From positions 5,110 to 69,109 of the forward strand of contig CALHMG010000186.1 of assembly GCA_938034705.1 (NCBI GenBank): a DNA stretch of 64,000 nucleotides. The letters are read 5' to 3'. The notes beneath the pieces are model-generated. The model was not told the DNA's origin, did not search any database, and was given only the letters and a program-made list of their open reading frames with translations. Below, piece by piece: positions 44,311-54,985 of the stretch. Within the stretch, counting starts at the first letter, position 1, and every line of letters begins with the position of its first letter. The position numbers were made by a program, and so were the translations under genes. The DNA comes from an uncultured Gammaproteobacteria bacterium. GTDB taxonomy: Bacteria; Pseudomonadota; Gammaproteobacteria; Arenicellales; CALHMG01.

Positions 44311-45759
44311 GTGACGGCGCCCGCCAATCTGCTGTTTATTTTCTCCGACGAACATCGGCGTGACGCGATGGGTCACGCCAATGGTCCCGTCAGGGTCTCG
44401 ACGCCAAACCTCGACCGACTCGCCCGTGAAGGTACGGTGTTTTCATCGGCCTATACCCCGTCACCGATCTGTGTACCGGCTCGTGCGAGCCTCGCGACGG
44501 GTCGTTATGTTCATGACACACGCTGCTGGGACAGCGCCGAACCTTACCGGGGACAGATCGAGGGCTGGGGCCATCAGCTGATCGCCGAAGGTCATGAGGT
44601 TGTATCAGTTGGCAAGCTTCATTATCGCTCGAGTGAGGACGACAACGGTTTCTCCGAAGAGCACATTCCGATGCATGTTTCAGAGGGCGTCGGCTGGGTT
44701 CTTGGTCTCGTGCGCAATCCGCTCCCGCCCTACGTTCACGGCCCGCGCGAACTTGCCGAGCAGGTGGGCTCTGGTGAAAGCGAGTACGTAGCCTACGACC
44801 GCAAGGTGCTGAATCTGGCTATCAGCTGGCTCAATGATCATGCGCGCCATCGAGACAAACCCTGGGTGCTTTTTGTGTCTTTTGTAAGTCCCCACTATCC
44901 GCTGGTTGCGCCACCCGAATTTTATGATCTGCATGACAGCATTACCGTAGGCTGGCCTCATCGAAACGGACAAAAGCCCGAACATCCTGCACTCAAGGAA
45001 CTTTACCGCTTCTACAACTACGCAGATCACTTCAGTGACGACGCGATCACCAAAGGGCGACGCGGCTACTACGGCCTCACTTCATTCCTCGATCACAACG
45101 TCGGCGTCCTGCTCGACAAACTCGACGAAACAGGTCTCGCTGCCAACACGCGAGTGATGTACTCGAGTGACCACGGGGACATGCTTGGCGATCACGGCAT
45201 GTGGACCAAGATGGTCATGAATGAACAATCTGCGGGGATTCCATTGATTCTGCGCGGGCCTGGAGTTCCCGAGGGCAAAGTCGTCGATACACCGGTTTCT
45301 CTCGTCGACTGTCATCAGACCATCGTTGAAAACGCGGGGCTCGCTGTGGATTCGACCCAATCGGAGCTTCCCGGTCATTCACTTCTGGCGCTGGCGACGG
45401 GTGATCGGCCGAATCGCAATATCATCTCGGAGTTTCACGATGGCGGATCGCCATCAGGCTACACGATGATAAGAGTGCGGAACTGGAAGTACATCTATTA
45501 CGTTGGCTATCCGCCCCAGCTCTTTGATCTGGTCAGTGATTCGCGTGAGGATCATGACCGGGCGAGTGATCCCACCTGCGAAGCGGTTCTCGCCGAGTGC
45601 GAATCGCGATTGCGAGATCTGCTCGACCCTGAAGAAGTAAACGCATCCGCGTTTTCAGATCAGGCCGCGGCGCTTGAAAAACTCGGTGGCCGCGAGGCCG
45701 TGCTCTCACGAAAGGATCATGACTTTGGTTGGACGCCAATCGAATCTGTCGTATCTTAA
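44311..45759 (+). CDS. Sulfatase (Cys-type formylglycine-dependent, choline-sulfatase-like)
   Basis: NLLFIFSDEHR, FGly motif SPICVPARASLATGR, SDHGDMLGDHG. It uses a GTG start. Confidence 0.9.
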   Translation: MTAPANLLFIFSDEHRRDAMGHANGPVRVSTPNLDRLAREGTVFSSAYTPSPICVPARASLATGRYVHDTRCWDSAEPYRGQIEGWGHQLIAEGHEVVSVGKLHYRSSEDDNGFSEEHIPMHVSEGVGWVLGLVRNPLPPYVHGPRELAEQVGSGESEYVAYDRKVLNLAISWLNDHARHRDKPWVLFVSFVSPHYPLVAPPEFYDLHDSITVGWPHRNGQKPEHPALKELYRFYNYADHFSDDAITKGRRGYYGLTSFLDHNVGVLLDKLDETGLAANTRVMYSSDHGDMLGDHGMWTKMVMNEQSAGIPLILRGPGVPEGKVVDTPVSLVDCHQTIVENAGLAVDSTQSELPGHSLLALATGDRPNRNIISEFHDGGSPSGYTMIRVRNWKYIYYVGYPPQLFDLVSDSREDHDRASDPTCEAVLAECESRLRDLLDPEEVNASAFSDQAAALEKLGGREAVLSRKDHDFGWTPIESVVS

Positions 45760-45765
45760 AAGGCT

Positions 45766-46332
45766 ATGAGCCAGCCAACGCTTGAAACCGAACGCCTGAT
45801 TCTTCGGCCCTACGCGCCTGAGGATGCACAACGTCTGACCGAACTTATCGGCGACTGGAAGATCTTCGACACCACTGAACGAATCCCGCACCCCTATACA
45901 GTCGAGATGGCGCAGGAGTTTATTGCGACAAATCTCGATCGATCAGAGCCAGGCGGCCACAGCGCATTCGGAATCGAGAGCAGGTCCGAGGGACGACTCA
46001 TCGGCGGCACTGGGCTAACGATTAACGACATTAACAGGCGCGCGTCTTTAGGTTACTGGATCGGTGTTGAATACTGGGGCCATGGCTACACCACGGAAAC
46101 GGCGCGAGAGATGCTGCGGTACGGGTTTGAGGACCTGGGGCTTAACCGCATCGAAGCGCAATTTCTGAAGCGAAATCCGGCTTCGGGCCGCGTAATGGCT
46201 AAAGCCGGGATGCGTCCGGAAGCCGAGTTTCCTGAATACGCTCTTAAACACGGCGTGTTTGAGGATGTGGTCCAGTATGTTCTGTATGCCAGCGAGTTTG
46301 CGGTCGCGCGGGATTCAGTCGAGACGCGCTAG
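45766..46332 (+). CDS. GNAT-family N-acetyltransferase (RimJ/RimL-like)
   Basis: LETERLILRPY...LGYWIGVEYWGHGYTTE...GLNRIEA is the typical RimJ-like pattern. Confidence 0.88.
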   Translation: MSQPTLETERLILRPYAPEDAQRLTELIGDWKIFDTTERIPHPYTVEMAQEFIATNLDRSEPGGHSAFGIESRSEGRLIGGTGLTINDINRRASLGYWIGVEYWGHGYTTETAREMLRYGFEDLGLNRIEAQFLKRNPASGRVMAKAGMRPEAEFPEYALKHGVFEDVVQYVLYASEFAVARDSVETR

Positions 46333-46345
46333 GGGCCATACAGAT

Positions 46346-46906
46346 TCAGGTTTTGCGTCCAATGTAGCGCGTTGTCGATCCGGTCTGATCGTTCACAACA
46401 ACTTCGAAGTTTGCGAAAGACTCGTTCAGTTCGTTGTCAGCCAGCACGTACTCCGCGTTAAACCCGGGCTTGTCGATCAGAAAGTTGGTGTTAAACGTCT
46501 GATAGACCAGAAGCCCGCCCGGGCGTAGTGAATCATTCATCGCATCAAAGAGATTGCGATTGAGAAAGCGAAACACGCAAAGGACGTCAAAGGCCTGCCC
46601 GGGCCATTGCCAGTCATCGAGATCCACGATCTGGGTATCGACCGCAACGTTGCGACGCGCGGCCTCAGCGCTGAGTAACGAGAGTCCGTTCGCGGAACAG
46701 TCAACAGCCGTCGTCCTGTAACCCTGTTCGGACAGCCACAGCGCGTTGCCTCCGAGACCTGTCGCCACGTCCAGCGCGTCGCCGTCACCCTGAAACAGCG
46801 CGCCGTGATTCAACAACAGCTCGTCTGTCTTGAAGGCGGGTTCTTTTTCGCCACTGAGATATCGAGCGTAGCGCTCGTCCCAGCGTTCTCGGTCGGCTAC
46901 AGACAT
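46346..46906 (-). CDS. Class I SAM-dependent methyltransferase (TehB-like)
   Basis: Motif I ALDVATGLGGNALWL. The ATG at 46906 avoids overlap with the moeA stop, whereas the 46963 start overlaps moeA by 41 nt. Confidence 0.75.
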   Translation of the reverse strand: MSVADRERWDERYARYLSGEKEPAFKTDELLLNHGALFQGDGDALDVATGLGGNALWLSEQGYRTTAVDCSANGLSLLSAEAARRNVAVDTQIVDLDDWQWPGQAFDVLCVFRFLNRNLFDAMNDSLRPGGLLVYQTFNTNFLIDKPGFNAEYVLADNELNESFANFEVVVNDQTGSTTRYIGRKT

Positions 46907-46922
46907 AGAGCAGTAACGATCG

Positions 46923-48194
46923 TCAGACCAGGCCTTCGAAAGGTTCAACATCGACGATTTCACCAGCCTCGATATCGCCCGATTCCAGCGGAAGGATGAT
47001 GAAACAGTTTGCGCGGCTCATCGACGTCAGTATGTGCGATCCCTGTCCGCCCGTCGTGTGTACCTGCATTTGACCTTTGGCATCCGGTCTTAAAATACCG
47101 CGCTGAAACTCCAGTCGCCCGGGACTTTTTTTGATGGGATCAGCAAGTCGCACCGGCATGCGTACGGGCATTGTCTCCGTGAGGCCCATCAGGCGTTTCA
47201 GCGCCGGGGTGACAAACTGATAGAACGTCACCATGACGGAGACCGGGTTGCCGGGGAGGCCGAAGAAGAGCGCATTGTCGATGCGTCCGAACGCGAGTGG
47301 TCGGCCGGGTTTCATTGCCATTTTCCAGAAGTCGACGGTTCCCAGTTCGTTCAGGGTTTCGTGCACAAAGTCAGCATCACCGACGGAGGCTCCGCCGGAT
47401 ACCACGACGGCATCTGCAATTTTTGCGGCTCGTGAAAATGCTTCGCGAACGTCGTCGCGGTCGTCTCGAATGACACCCATGTCGAGCAGCTCGACACCGA
47501 GACGTTCGAGCATCGCGTGCAGTGAGTATCGGTTGCTGTCGTAAACGTCGCCCGTGTTGAGGGTTTCTCCGATCGCACGAAGTTCATCGCCGGTGGACAT
47601 GAACGCGACGCGCGGTCGACGCACGCAGTTAACCTCACCGACTCCTACCGTTGCCAGAAGCCCGACGTCGGCCGGAATAATTCGCTTTCCTTTGGGCAAG
47701 ACAACAGCGCCCGCCATGACATCGTCGCCTTTGGTTCGCACGTGCTGACCGACCCGATGTCCGGCGCCGATGCGAAGTTGATCGCCATCGCGCTCGCAGT
47801 CTTCCTGGATCACGATGGTGTCTGCCCCAGCGGGTATTACGCCGCCGGTCATGATGCGGACGGCGTTACCGGAAGTCACCTCGCCATCGAAGGGCTTTCC
47901 CGCCCAGGACGTGCCAGTGACGTGAAGCGTTGTGGTGCCATCGGCTGGCAGATCGGTACCCGCGACCGCGTAGCCGTCCATTGCCGAATTGTCATGATTG
48001 GGTACATTGATTGCCGCGGTGACGTCGTCGGCAAGCACACGCCACAGGGCATCACGAACAGGAACGCGCACCCGATCAGAGATCGGGGCGATGAAAGCCT
48101 GCATTCTTTCCAGAGCCTGTTCGACCCGAACAGAGTTGGGGTCAAAGTCGTCCATGCAGCTTGGATCGGGGATAATTTCGTCAGGTTTGGTCAT
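46923..48194 (-). CDS. moeA: Molybdopterin molybdotransferase MoeA
   Basis: MoeA domains ([36 protein letters not shown]). The ATG at 48194 forms an ATGA overlap with the moaC stop. Confidence 0.92.
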   Translation of the reverse strand: MTKPDEIIPDPSCMDDFDPNSVRVEQALERMQAFIAPISDRVRVPVRDALWRVLADDVTAAINVPNHDNSAMDGYAVAGTDLPADGTTTLHVTGTSWAGKPFDGEVTSGNAVRIMTGGVIPAGADTIVIQEDCERDGDQLRIGAGHRVGQHVRTKGDDVMAGAVVLPKGKRIIPADVGLLATVGVGEVNCVRRPRVAFMSTGDELRAIGETLNTGDVYDSNRYSLHAMLERLGVELLDMGVIRDDRDDVREAFSRAAKIADAVVVSGGASVGDADFVHETLNELGTVDFWKMAMKPGRPLAFGRIDNALFFGLPGNPVSVMVTFYQFVTPALKRLMGLTETMPVRMPVRLADPIKKSPGRLEFQRGILRPDAKGQMQVHTTGGQGSHILTSMSRANCFIILPLESGDIEAGEIVDVEPFEGLV

Positions 48195-48691
48195 GGCTTT
48201 GTTGTCGACGTCTCGGTGCGCTGCCAGGTGCCGGATTTTCCTCCGGCCTTGGACGCGAGCTGCACGTCGCCGATTGTCATTCCGCGATCGACGGCTTTGC
48301 ACATGTCGTAGATCGTGGCTAACGATGTTTGAACGGCGATGAGGGCTTCCATTTCAACACCGGTTCGCTCTCGACACTCGACCGTCGCCTCGCAGTGCAC
48401 ACGGCTTTGATCAAAGTCCGTCGTAAACTCGATGTTGATCCTGGTGACCATGAGTGGATGACACAGAGGAATGAGTTCATGGGTTTTTTTTGCGGCCATG
48501 ATCCCGGCAACACGAGCGATGCCGAGAACGTCCCCCTTCTTGTGTCCACCGGCTTCGATCAACTTAAGGGTAGCCGGTTCCATGCTGATCCAGCCGGTTA
48601 CGGTCGCGCGCCTGGCGGTTACCGCTTTGTCGCCAACATCCACCATGTGGGCTTCGCCGCTTTCATTAAAATGGGTCAGTTTCGAAGACAT
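48191..48691 (-). CDS. moaC: Cyclic pyranopterin monophosphate synthase MoaC
   Basis: [18 protein letters not shown]...IPLCHPL...TGVEMEAL. Confidence 0.95.
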   Translation of the reverse strand: MSSKLTHFNESGEAHMVDVGDKAVTARRATVTGWISMEPATLKLIEAGGHKKGDVLGIARVAGIMAAKKTHELIPLCHPLMVTRINIEFTTDFDQSRVHCEATVECRERTGVEMEALIAVQTSLATIYDMCKAVDRGMTIGDVQLASKAGGKSGTWQRTETSTTKP

Positions 48692-48834
48692 CTGGCGCGC
48701 AGGACCTCAGGTTGGCGGGAGGACCACAGGCCCTCCCCGGGGCGTGAAAATGCAAACTGTGAAAAACAAGTTAGCGCGATGTGAGTGATGCAGGCAAGGG
48801 CGGGGGTCCGCTTTGTGCGTGCTAAAGTTCTTTT

Positions 48835-49581
48835 ATGCAAGACGAACAGCTTCTGCGTTACAGCCGACAGATCATGCTCCCCGGGATCGACATCGAGGGA
48901 CAGCAGCGTCTGCTTGACGCCCGGGTACTCGTGATTGGGGTTGGCGGTCTGGGGTCGCCGGTTGCGATGTATCTCGCGGGCAGTGGCGTTGGTCATATGG
49001 TTCTGGTTGATGACGATGTTGTTGATCTGAGCAACCTGCAGCGACAGATCGTCCACACGACCGATCGGGTCGGGACCCCCAAGGCTGAGTCCGCGCGCCA
49101 GACGCTGACGCAACTGAATCCGGAAATCAGAGTCGACGTAATCAACCAGCGACTGGTCGGTGCTGCGCTTGATGAACAGGTCCAGGCGGCTGACCTGGTG
49201 GTTGAGTGCACCGACTCGTTTGAATCGCGTTTTGAGGTAAATCGTGCGTGCGTGGCCGCGGGCAAGCCACTCGTTTCGGGTGCCGCGATACGTATGGAAG
49301 GTCAGGTCACGGTATTCCCTCTGAACGAAGCCGATTCACCGTGTTATCGATGCGTGTATCCCAACAGCGGCGAACTTGAAGAACGCTGCGCCGATACCGG
49401 TGTACTCGGCTCCCTTGTTGGCATTATCGGCTGCGTTGAAGCCACCGAGGCAATCAAGCTGCTTGCGGGATTCGGCGAGCCGCTTGCAGGCCGTCTGCTC
49501 ATGCTCGACGCGCGGAACATGAGCTGGAACGAATTTCGCATTCGCAAAAATCCCGAATGCCCGGCCTGCTCAAACGGCTGA
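48835..49581 (+). CDS. moeB: Molybdopterin-synthase adenylyltransferase MoeB (ThiF/E1-like)
   Basis: LRYSRQIMLP, VIGVGGLGSP, DLSNLQRQ, and zinc CxxC pairs CYRC and CPAC. Confidence 0.92.
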   Translation: MQDEQLLRYSRQIMLPGIDIEGQQRLLDARVLVIGVGGLGSPVAMYLAGSGVGHMVLVDDDVVDLSNLQRQIVHTTDRVGTPKAESARQTLTQLNPEIRVDVINQRLVGAALDEQVQAADLVVECTDSFESRFEVNRACVAAGKPLVSGAAIRMEGQVTVFPLNEADSPCYRCVYPNSGELEERCADTGVLGSLVGIIGCVEATEAIKLLAGFGEPLAGRLLMLDARNMSWNEFRIRKNPECPACSNG

Positions 49582-49797
49582 TTCGTCTGGCTCCCTGGCG
49601 TCACACGAACCCGAAACCGTCCCTCCAATAGTGTGCGAGCGCCCGGTCCAGTGAGCGGTTCGGGCAAGTTGATCGCGGGATCTGACCGCCAGCGGACCGC
49701 GCGATTGCCGGGACTGTTGGGGGGAAATGGCTGGGAAAAATTCCTGCGAGTGGTCGTGGATTTCAGGTGTGACGGTCCGGTGGGCTAATCTGGAATT

Positions 49798-50019
49798 ATG
49801 GCTAGCGCGAAGATCATCAAGGGCGAATTCAAGTGGCATGGACCGGATCGGCGTGCTCGGGACGATCGCCGTGTACAGGATCGTCGCGAGGAAGTTCGGT
49901 ATGAACCTGCCAAAGATGATCGCCGGACGGGATCGGACCGACGTCAGGACGGTCGAGATTCTGATGGCTATCGTCGCGGCAAGCAGTCGCGGCACGACAC
50001 CGACAGCCAGACCGACTAG
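49798..50019 (+). CDS. Hypothetical 73-aa highly charged protein with repeated D-R-R motifs (coding status uncertain)
   Basis: MASAKIIKGEFKWHGPDRRARDDRRVQDRREE...DDRRTGSDRRQDGRD. It is one of four mutually overlapping ORFs in a 475-bp gap. I recognise no family. Confidence 0.3.
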   Translation: MASAKIIKGEFKWHGPDRRARDDRRVQDRREEVRYEPAKDDRRTGSDRRQDGRDSDGYRRGKQSRHDTDSQTD

Positions 50020-50057
50020 GTTCTGCGGATAACAACATTCCCAGCGCGTTTGGGCGG

Positions 50058-50969
50058 TTGTTACCATGTCTCCAGAAAATCTGGAGCGCGCTCTTGACCC
50101 AATCCATATTCATAACCGGTTACGGCTACACGGGCTCCCGTCTTGCCCGGCGGCTGCTCGCGGACAAACACAACGTGAGCGTAATTGTCCGGCGTCAGTC
50201 CCAGGCCGATGAAGCGCAAGCCGATGGCGCGAACGTCGTTGTTGCCGACCTTGATGACGCGCCGACATTTCCACAAGTCGATTTCTCTGGCCAGACGCTG
50301 ATCCATCTTGCACCCCCGCCGCGCGATGGTGACACCGATACCCGATTGAGATGTCTTCTGGATTCGATGAGGGAACGCGCGCCCGGATTGATTGTGCTGA
50401 TCAGCACGACCGGCGTTTATGGCGATCAGCGTGGTGCCATCGTGACCGAGCAAACGCCGGTCAACCCACAAAGTGCCCGTGCCGTTCGACGTGACGATGC
50501 CGAACGCGCCGCGCGCGAGTTCTGCAGCAGGGCTGGAACAAGGCTGATCGTCTTGAGGGTTCCCGGCATCTACGGTCCTGGCAGACTGCCGCTGGCGCGA
50601 TTACGAGAAGGCATGCCGCTACCGCCCGCGAAGGACTGTGGCGTCAGCAACCGGATTCACGTTGAAGACCTTGTCACCGCCATTGTCGCCTGTGTTAACA
50701 GCACCATTGATAACGCGGTTTTCAACGTTTCAGACGGTCAGGCTCTGAACATGCGTGTCTGGCGAGAGATGGTGGCCGACATCGCCGGCTTGCCGCGACC
50801 GCCGGAAATACCGCTGAGTGAGGCGGCGCAAAAGCTCTCGCCCATGACGATGTCTTTTTTGCGCGAGTCCCGGGTGATTGATTCAAGCGCAATCAGAGTC
50901 GCCCTGAAACCGGCTTTTGAATTCGAAGACACCGCAGCTGGAATACGCGACAGCCTGAGAGACGACTAA
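50058..50969 (+). CDS. NAD-dependent epimerase/dehydratase-family (SDR) protein
   Basis: Rossmann-like IFITGYGYTGSRLARRL. Both start candidates are TTG codons, at 50058 or 50094 (MTQSIFITG). There is a 4-nt overlap with the convergent nudF end. Confidence 0.8.
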   Translation: MLPCLQKIWSALLTQSIFITGYGYTGSRLARRLLADKHNVSVIVRRQSQADEAQADGANVVVADLDDAPTFPQVDFSGQTLIHLAPPPRDGDTDTRLRCLLDSMRERAPGLIVLISTTGVYGDQRGAIVTEQTPVNPQSARAVRRDDAERAAREFCSRAGTRLIVLRVPGIYGPGRLPLARLREGMPLPPAKDCGVSNRIHVEDLVTAIVACVNSTIDNAVFNVSDGQALNMRVWREMVADIAGLPRPPEIPLSEAAQKLSPMTMSFLRESRVIDSSAIRVALKPAFEFEDTAAGIRDSLRDD

Positions 50970-51505
50970 AGTTCTTTCAGCGCGGCCTGAGCTCGTAACA
51001 GGCCGATAACGGTTTTCGAATCTGTGATTTTTGAGCTCAGAGCCTGGGCGCAGGCTTCGTCAAGATTCATCCAGAACACTTCGATGATCTCGTCTTCTTC
51101 GTGACGGGTCGGGACTTGGGTAAGTCCGGTCGCGAGGTAGAGATAAATCACCTCGTCGCAAAACCCCGGCGTTGACAGCATGGTTCCAAGATCGTGCCAG
51201 TTACGGGCGACGAGACCGGCTTCTTCTTCAAGCTCACGTCTCGCGGTCGGTAAAGGCAGCTCCCGGGGTTCCAGTTTGCCCGCCGGCAGTTCGACTATGA
51301 AACCGCCTGCACAGTGGCGAAGCTGTTTGACGAGGCAGACTTCACCAGAGTCATTCACAGCGGCGACGGTTGCGCCGCCGGGGTGCCGGACCACTTCCAG
51401 TGGAAATTTGCGTCCGTCGGGCAGCGTTACCTGCTCTATCCCGAGATCTACGACGCGGCCTTTGTAAATCTGTTCACGCGTCGGTGCGTCACTCTTGCTG
51501 GACAT
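50966..51505 (-). CDS. nudF: Nudix hydrolase, ADP-ribose pyrophosphatase-like
   Basis: Nudix box GKLEPRELPLPTARRELEEEAGL and N-terminal IYKGRVVDLGIEQVTLPDG. Confidence 0.85.
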   Translation of the reverse strand: MSSKSDAPTREQIYKGRVVDLGIEQVTLPDGRKFPLEVVRHPGGATVAAVNDSGEVCLVKQLRHCAGGFIVELPAGKLEPRELPLPTARRELEEEAGLVARNWHDLGTMLSTPGFCDEVIYLYLATGLTQVPTRHEEDEIIEVFWMNLDEACAQALSSKITDSKTVIGLLRAQAALKEL

Positions 51506-51623
51506 GTCACTCTCTGGTCTTGGTCTGGCTCGCGACTGCGTCGATCTGCGCGTCGGCCGTCAGTGTGCGACCGGCGCTTGCGCGCTTTTTGAAACTGAAT
51601 CCGACGTCGTTGACAGTCAGTTG

Positions 51624-52226
51624 CTACAACAGCCTGGGTTTTAATTCAGCGATCAGCGCTCGAACCGCCTTGGCGCGATGGCTCACCTTGTTCTTGTCTT
51701 GCGGTGCCAGCTGCGCCGACGTTCTGGTGTCGCCCTGGATCAGAAAAAGCGGATCATATCCAAATCCGTTGGTACCGCGCGCGGTGTCAATAATCTCACC
51801 CTCCCAGCTGGCCTGGGCGATGATCGGGCACGGATCGTCGGCGAATGCGACGTAGACGGCTGCGCAGAAAAATCTGGCGGTTCGCGGGGCGTCGGGCATG
51901 GCCTTCAGCGTTGCCAGAAGTTTGGCGTTGTTCTGCGCGTCCGAGGCGTCTTCTCCGGCATAGCGCGCCGAGCGAATACCGGGCGCACCTGCGAGTGCGT
52001 CGACAACTATCCCCGAGTCGTCTGCCAGCGCGGGCAGACCCGTGATCCTTGCCGCATGGCGCGCCTTGATCAGCGAATTCTCGGCGAAGGAAAGCCCGTC
52101 TTCGACCGCGTCCTCAACGCCAAGTTCTTTTTGTGTCACAAGCTCGACGTCAACACCCTCAAGCAAAGCGCTGATCTCCCGGACTTTGCCAGGATTGCCG
52201 GTTGCAACAACGAGTCGCGAGCTCAC
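51624..52226 (-). CDS. rdgB: dITP/XTP pyrophosphatase RdgB (Ham1 family)
   Basis: VVATGNPGKVREI, ALADDSGIVVDAL, GFGYDPLF. A GTG at 52226, just after the rph stop, is preferred. The 52262 ATG would overlap rph by 34 nt. Confidence 0.9.
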   Translation of the reverse strand: MSSRLVVATGNPGKVREISALLEGVDVELVTQKELGVEDAVEDGLSFAENSLIKARHAARITGLPALADDSGIVVDALAGAPGIRSARYAGEDASDAQNNAKLLATLKAMPDAPRTARFFCAAVYVAFADDPCPIIAQASWEGEIIDTARGTNGFGYDPLFLIQGDTRTSAQLAPQDKNKVSHRAKAVRALIAELKPRLL

Positions 52227-52228
52227 GG

Positions 52229-52942
52229 TCAGTCTTCGAGCGATGAGCGCTGGGTCAGGCACAGATCGGCGATACCCTTCTTGGCGTACTCGGTCATCTT
52301 CTGCATCTCGGCCTCGGAGAAGGGAACGCCTTCGGCGGTGCCCTGTATTTCGATGAAGCCTCCGTCAGAATCCATGACGACGTTCATGTCGGTTTCGGCA
52401 GCCGAGTCTTCAACGTACTCAAGATCCAGTCGTACCTCGGAATCGACGACACCGACGGAAACGGACGCAATCTGCCGAATCAGAACATCTTCGGCCTTGA
52501 TGTTGCGAATGTTGTTGACCGCGTCAGCAAGCGCGATCCACGCACCCGTTATCGACGCTGTCCGGGTTCCGCCATCGGCCTGGATGACATCGCAATCGAG
52601 AGTGATGGTTCTTTCACCAAGCGCTTTCAGGTCGAGCGCAGCGCGAAGCGACCGACCGATCAAGCGTTGAATTTCCTGCGTGCGTCCAGACTGTTTGCCG
52701 CGTGCAGCTTCGCGACTGTTACGCGTGTTGGTAGCGCGTGGAAGCATGCCGTATTCAGCGGTAACCCAACCTTCGCCAGAACCTTTCTTGAAATGAGGAA
52801 CCCGCTCCTCGACGCTTGCGTTACACAGGACGCGGGTGTCGCCGAACTCGATCAACACAGAGCCTTCAGCGTGTCGGGTGTAGTGGCGGCGAACGCGGAC
52901 CTGGCGTAGCGCATCGGGAGCACGGCCGTTGGGTCGGGACAT
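52229..52942 (-). CDS. rph: Ribonuclease PH
   Basis: [17 protein letters not shown]...[14 protein letters not shown]...[16 protein letters not shown]...[19 protein letters not shown]. Confidence 0.95.
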   Translation of the reverse strand: MSRPNGRAPDALRQVRVRRHYTRHAEGSVLIEFGDTRVLCNASVEERVPHFKKGSGEGWVTAEYGMLPRATNTRNSREAARGKQSGRTQEIQRLIGRSLRAALDLKALGERTITLDCDVIQADGGTRTASITGAWIALADAVNNIRNIKAEDVLIRQIASVSVGVVDSEVRLDLEYVEDSAAETDMNVVMDSDGGFIEIQGTAEGVPFSEAEMQKMTEYAKKGIADLCLTQRSSLED

Positions 52943-53013
52943 GTTGTTGAGACTCCGGAAATTTTGTGGTGCCAGATGGTACACCATGCTTCCGGGATCG
53001 ATCGTTAAAGAAC

Positions 53014-53982
53014 TTACTGTGGAATTGTCGAGGCGAACGCTTCCAGTTCACTCAGAGCCTGATCGATTTCTTCGATCTCATCGTCGATGAATTCATCATC
53101 GAAGACCCCGGAGTCAGTGCCGGTCGGATTTTGGCGGTTTTTGCGACGTGCGCGTGCCTGTTCCCATTCGTCTTCCCAGAGTTTGATCTGCTCGGGACCG
53201 CTGTAGCGACGGGGCTGCAGTGGTGGCGACGATGTCGCCTCGTCCTGCCAGCGAACCGCGATCGAGGTGACGTTATCGCTGTGTTTTCCCATAATGCGGA
53301 CGGACTCGGTCACCAGATTGACGTTCTGGTCCTCGAGGTTTCCGTTGCACACGGTTGACGCCATTTCCTGGGTGCTGTGCGCACGCCACATTCCGTCGGA
53401 GCACAGCAGGATGTGATCGTCAGGTTGCAGCAGGATTTCGGCACTCAGGGAAACAACCGGTCTCAATTTACCGCCAACGCACCGCAATAGCGGGCCCTGG
53501 TGTTCGTTGAGACGCATGTCGTCTTCGGAAATATAGCCATCTTTGCGCAGCTGTTCTGTTGCCGTGTGATCGTCAGTGCGCAGAAACGGCGCGCCGTTCC
53601 TGAAAAGATACAGGCGGCTGTCGCCGACGTGACCCCAGTAGGCGTAGCCGTTCTGAATCACACAGACAACGGACGTTGTTCGCGGGTGAGACTCTTCCGA
53701 GTAACCCACTTCTTTCGCCATCTTGTTGATCATCCTGTGACCATGGATGGTCGCAAGCGTCGTGAATTTGTGCGGGTCCGAAATTAGTTCGGGTTTAAAG
53801 TTCTCGAAACTCTCGATCACGGTCTGCGTGAAAATCTGTGCTGCCTTGTCACCGTCTTCATACCCGCCAAGCCCGTCACAGAGGACGAGCAGCAGCGCAT
53901 TGTTCCGAATGGCCCAGCCGCAACGATCCTGATTGACCTTGCGGGCACCAACGTCGGTATGTTGAGCGACTTTGAATTTCAC
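53014..53982 (-). CDS. PP2C-family Ser/Thr protein phosphatase with an acidic C-terminal extension
   Basis: [43 protein letters not shown], then an approximately 80-aa tail ending [20 protein letters not shown]. Confidence 0.88.
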   Translation of the reverse strand: MKFKVAQHTDVGARKVNQDRCGWAIRNNALLLVLCDGLGGYEDGDKAAQIFTQTVIESFENFKPELISDPHKFTTLATIHGHRMINKMAKEVGYSEESHPRTTSVVCVIQNGYAYWGHVGDSRLYLFRNGAPFLRTDDHTATEQLRKDGYISEDDMRLNEHQGPLLRCVGGKLRPVVSLSAEILLQPDDHILLCSDGMWRAHSTQEMASTVCNGNLEDQNVNLVTESVRIMGKHSDNVTSIAVRWQDEATSSPPLQPRRYSGPEQIKLWEDEWEQARARRKNRQNPTGTDSGVFDDEFIDDEIEEIDQALSELEAFASTIPQ

Positions 53983-54016
53983 TGTCTCGGGCTTTCCCTT
54001 GCCTGATCGTTACGGG

Positions 54017-54985
54017 TTACGAAAGTACTTCGTCTTCATCCTCGATGATGGCAACACTTTCGTCCTCGATCTCGTCAAGAAATCGGTTAACGATGTCATC
54101 CGGCGCGCCATCGAGAGCGAGCTTGAGGAAACTGTCGACATCCTGAGGGCGATAGTTGTAATCAAGTTGAATTGCCCACTCGATCGCCGTCAGCAGCGGC
54201 TTTGCGTACTTGCGAGCGTGAGTCTTGGACAGCGGCTTGATGGTGTCGTTGTCAAGCCGTTCGAGTGCAGGTGGTGGTGGCTCGCCGGTGATGCAGCCAT
54301 ACATCGTGGCGCCGAGTGCATAGATATCTGACCAGGGTCCCATCGCACCGTTGCGATACTGCTCCGGCGCTGCAAAGCCGTGAGTCAGGGTTTGAACCCC
54401 TTTGAACCTCGAGCCTTTGACCAGCGGTTGCACGGCGCCAAAATCCAGCAGCAGTGGCTTGCCGCCTGCGCGAAGCAGGATGTTCGCGGGTTTGATATCG
54501 AGATGCAGAAAGCCGTTCTTGTGCAGCTCGCGCAAGCCCAGAGCGACCTGGGGAAAGACCTTCCACATGAATTCATTGCCAAGACGCCCGGCGCTTCGCT
54601 TGATAAACCAGCGAATGTCGCGACCACGCTCATAGTTCATGACGTAGTAGACGGTGTCGTTGTAGCGAAAGAAGTTCTGAACGTGAACGATGTTCGGGTG
54701 TTCGAGTTTCGACAGCGCAATCGCTTCGTTGAAAAAGCGCTTGATTCCCAGTCGATAGGATTTCAGCTTCTCGTCGTCCTTGGGCACAACCTTGCCACCC
54801 GGGAGCCGATCCACAAGATCGCTCGGGAAGTACTCTTTAATGACAACCGTTTGCTTGTTCTTAATCTGAGATGCCAGATAGACAAGACTGAAGCCTCCGC
54901 CACCAAGCAATCGCTCGATTCGGTATCCTTCAATAAGGTAGCCCTTGCTGAGCGGTGTTCGCGTCAACTCTGGCATAGATCCCAA
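54017..54985 (-). CDS. Hanks-type Ser/Thr protein kinase (soluble, kinase domain plus a short acidic tail)
   Basis: G-loop LGGGGFSLVY, catalytic lysine VIKEY, HLDIKPANILL, DFG, and APE as FAAPEQ. No TM segment. Confidence 0.9.
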   Translation of the reverse strand: MGSMPELTRTPLSKGYLIEGYRIERLLGGGGFSLVYLASQIKNKQTVVIKEYFPSDLVDRLPGGKVVPKDDEKLKSYRLGIKRFFNEAIALSKLEHPNIVHVQNFFRYNDTVYYVMNYERGRDIRWFIKRSAGRLGNEFMWKVFPQVALGLRELHKNGFLHLDIKPANILLRAGGKPLLLDFGAVQPLVKGSRFKGVQTLTHGFAAPEQYRNGAMGPWSDIYALGATMYGCITGEPPPPALERLDNDTIKPLSKTHARKYAKPLLTAIEWAIQLDYNYRPQDVDSFLKLALDGAPDDIVNRFLDEIEDESVAIIEDEDEVLS

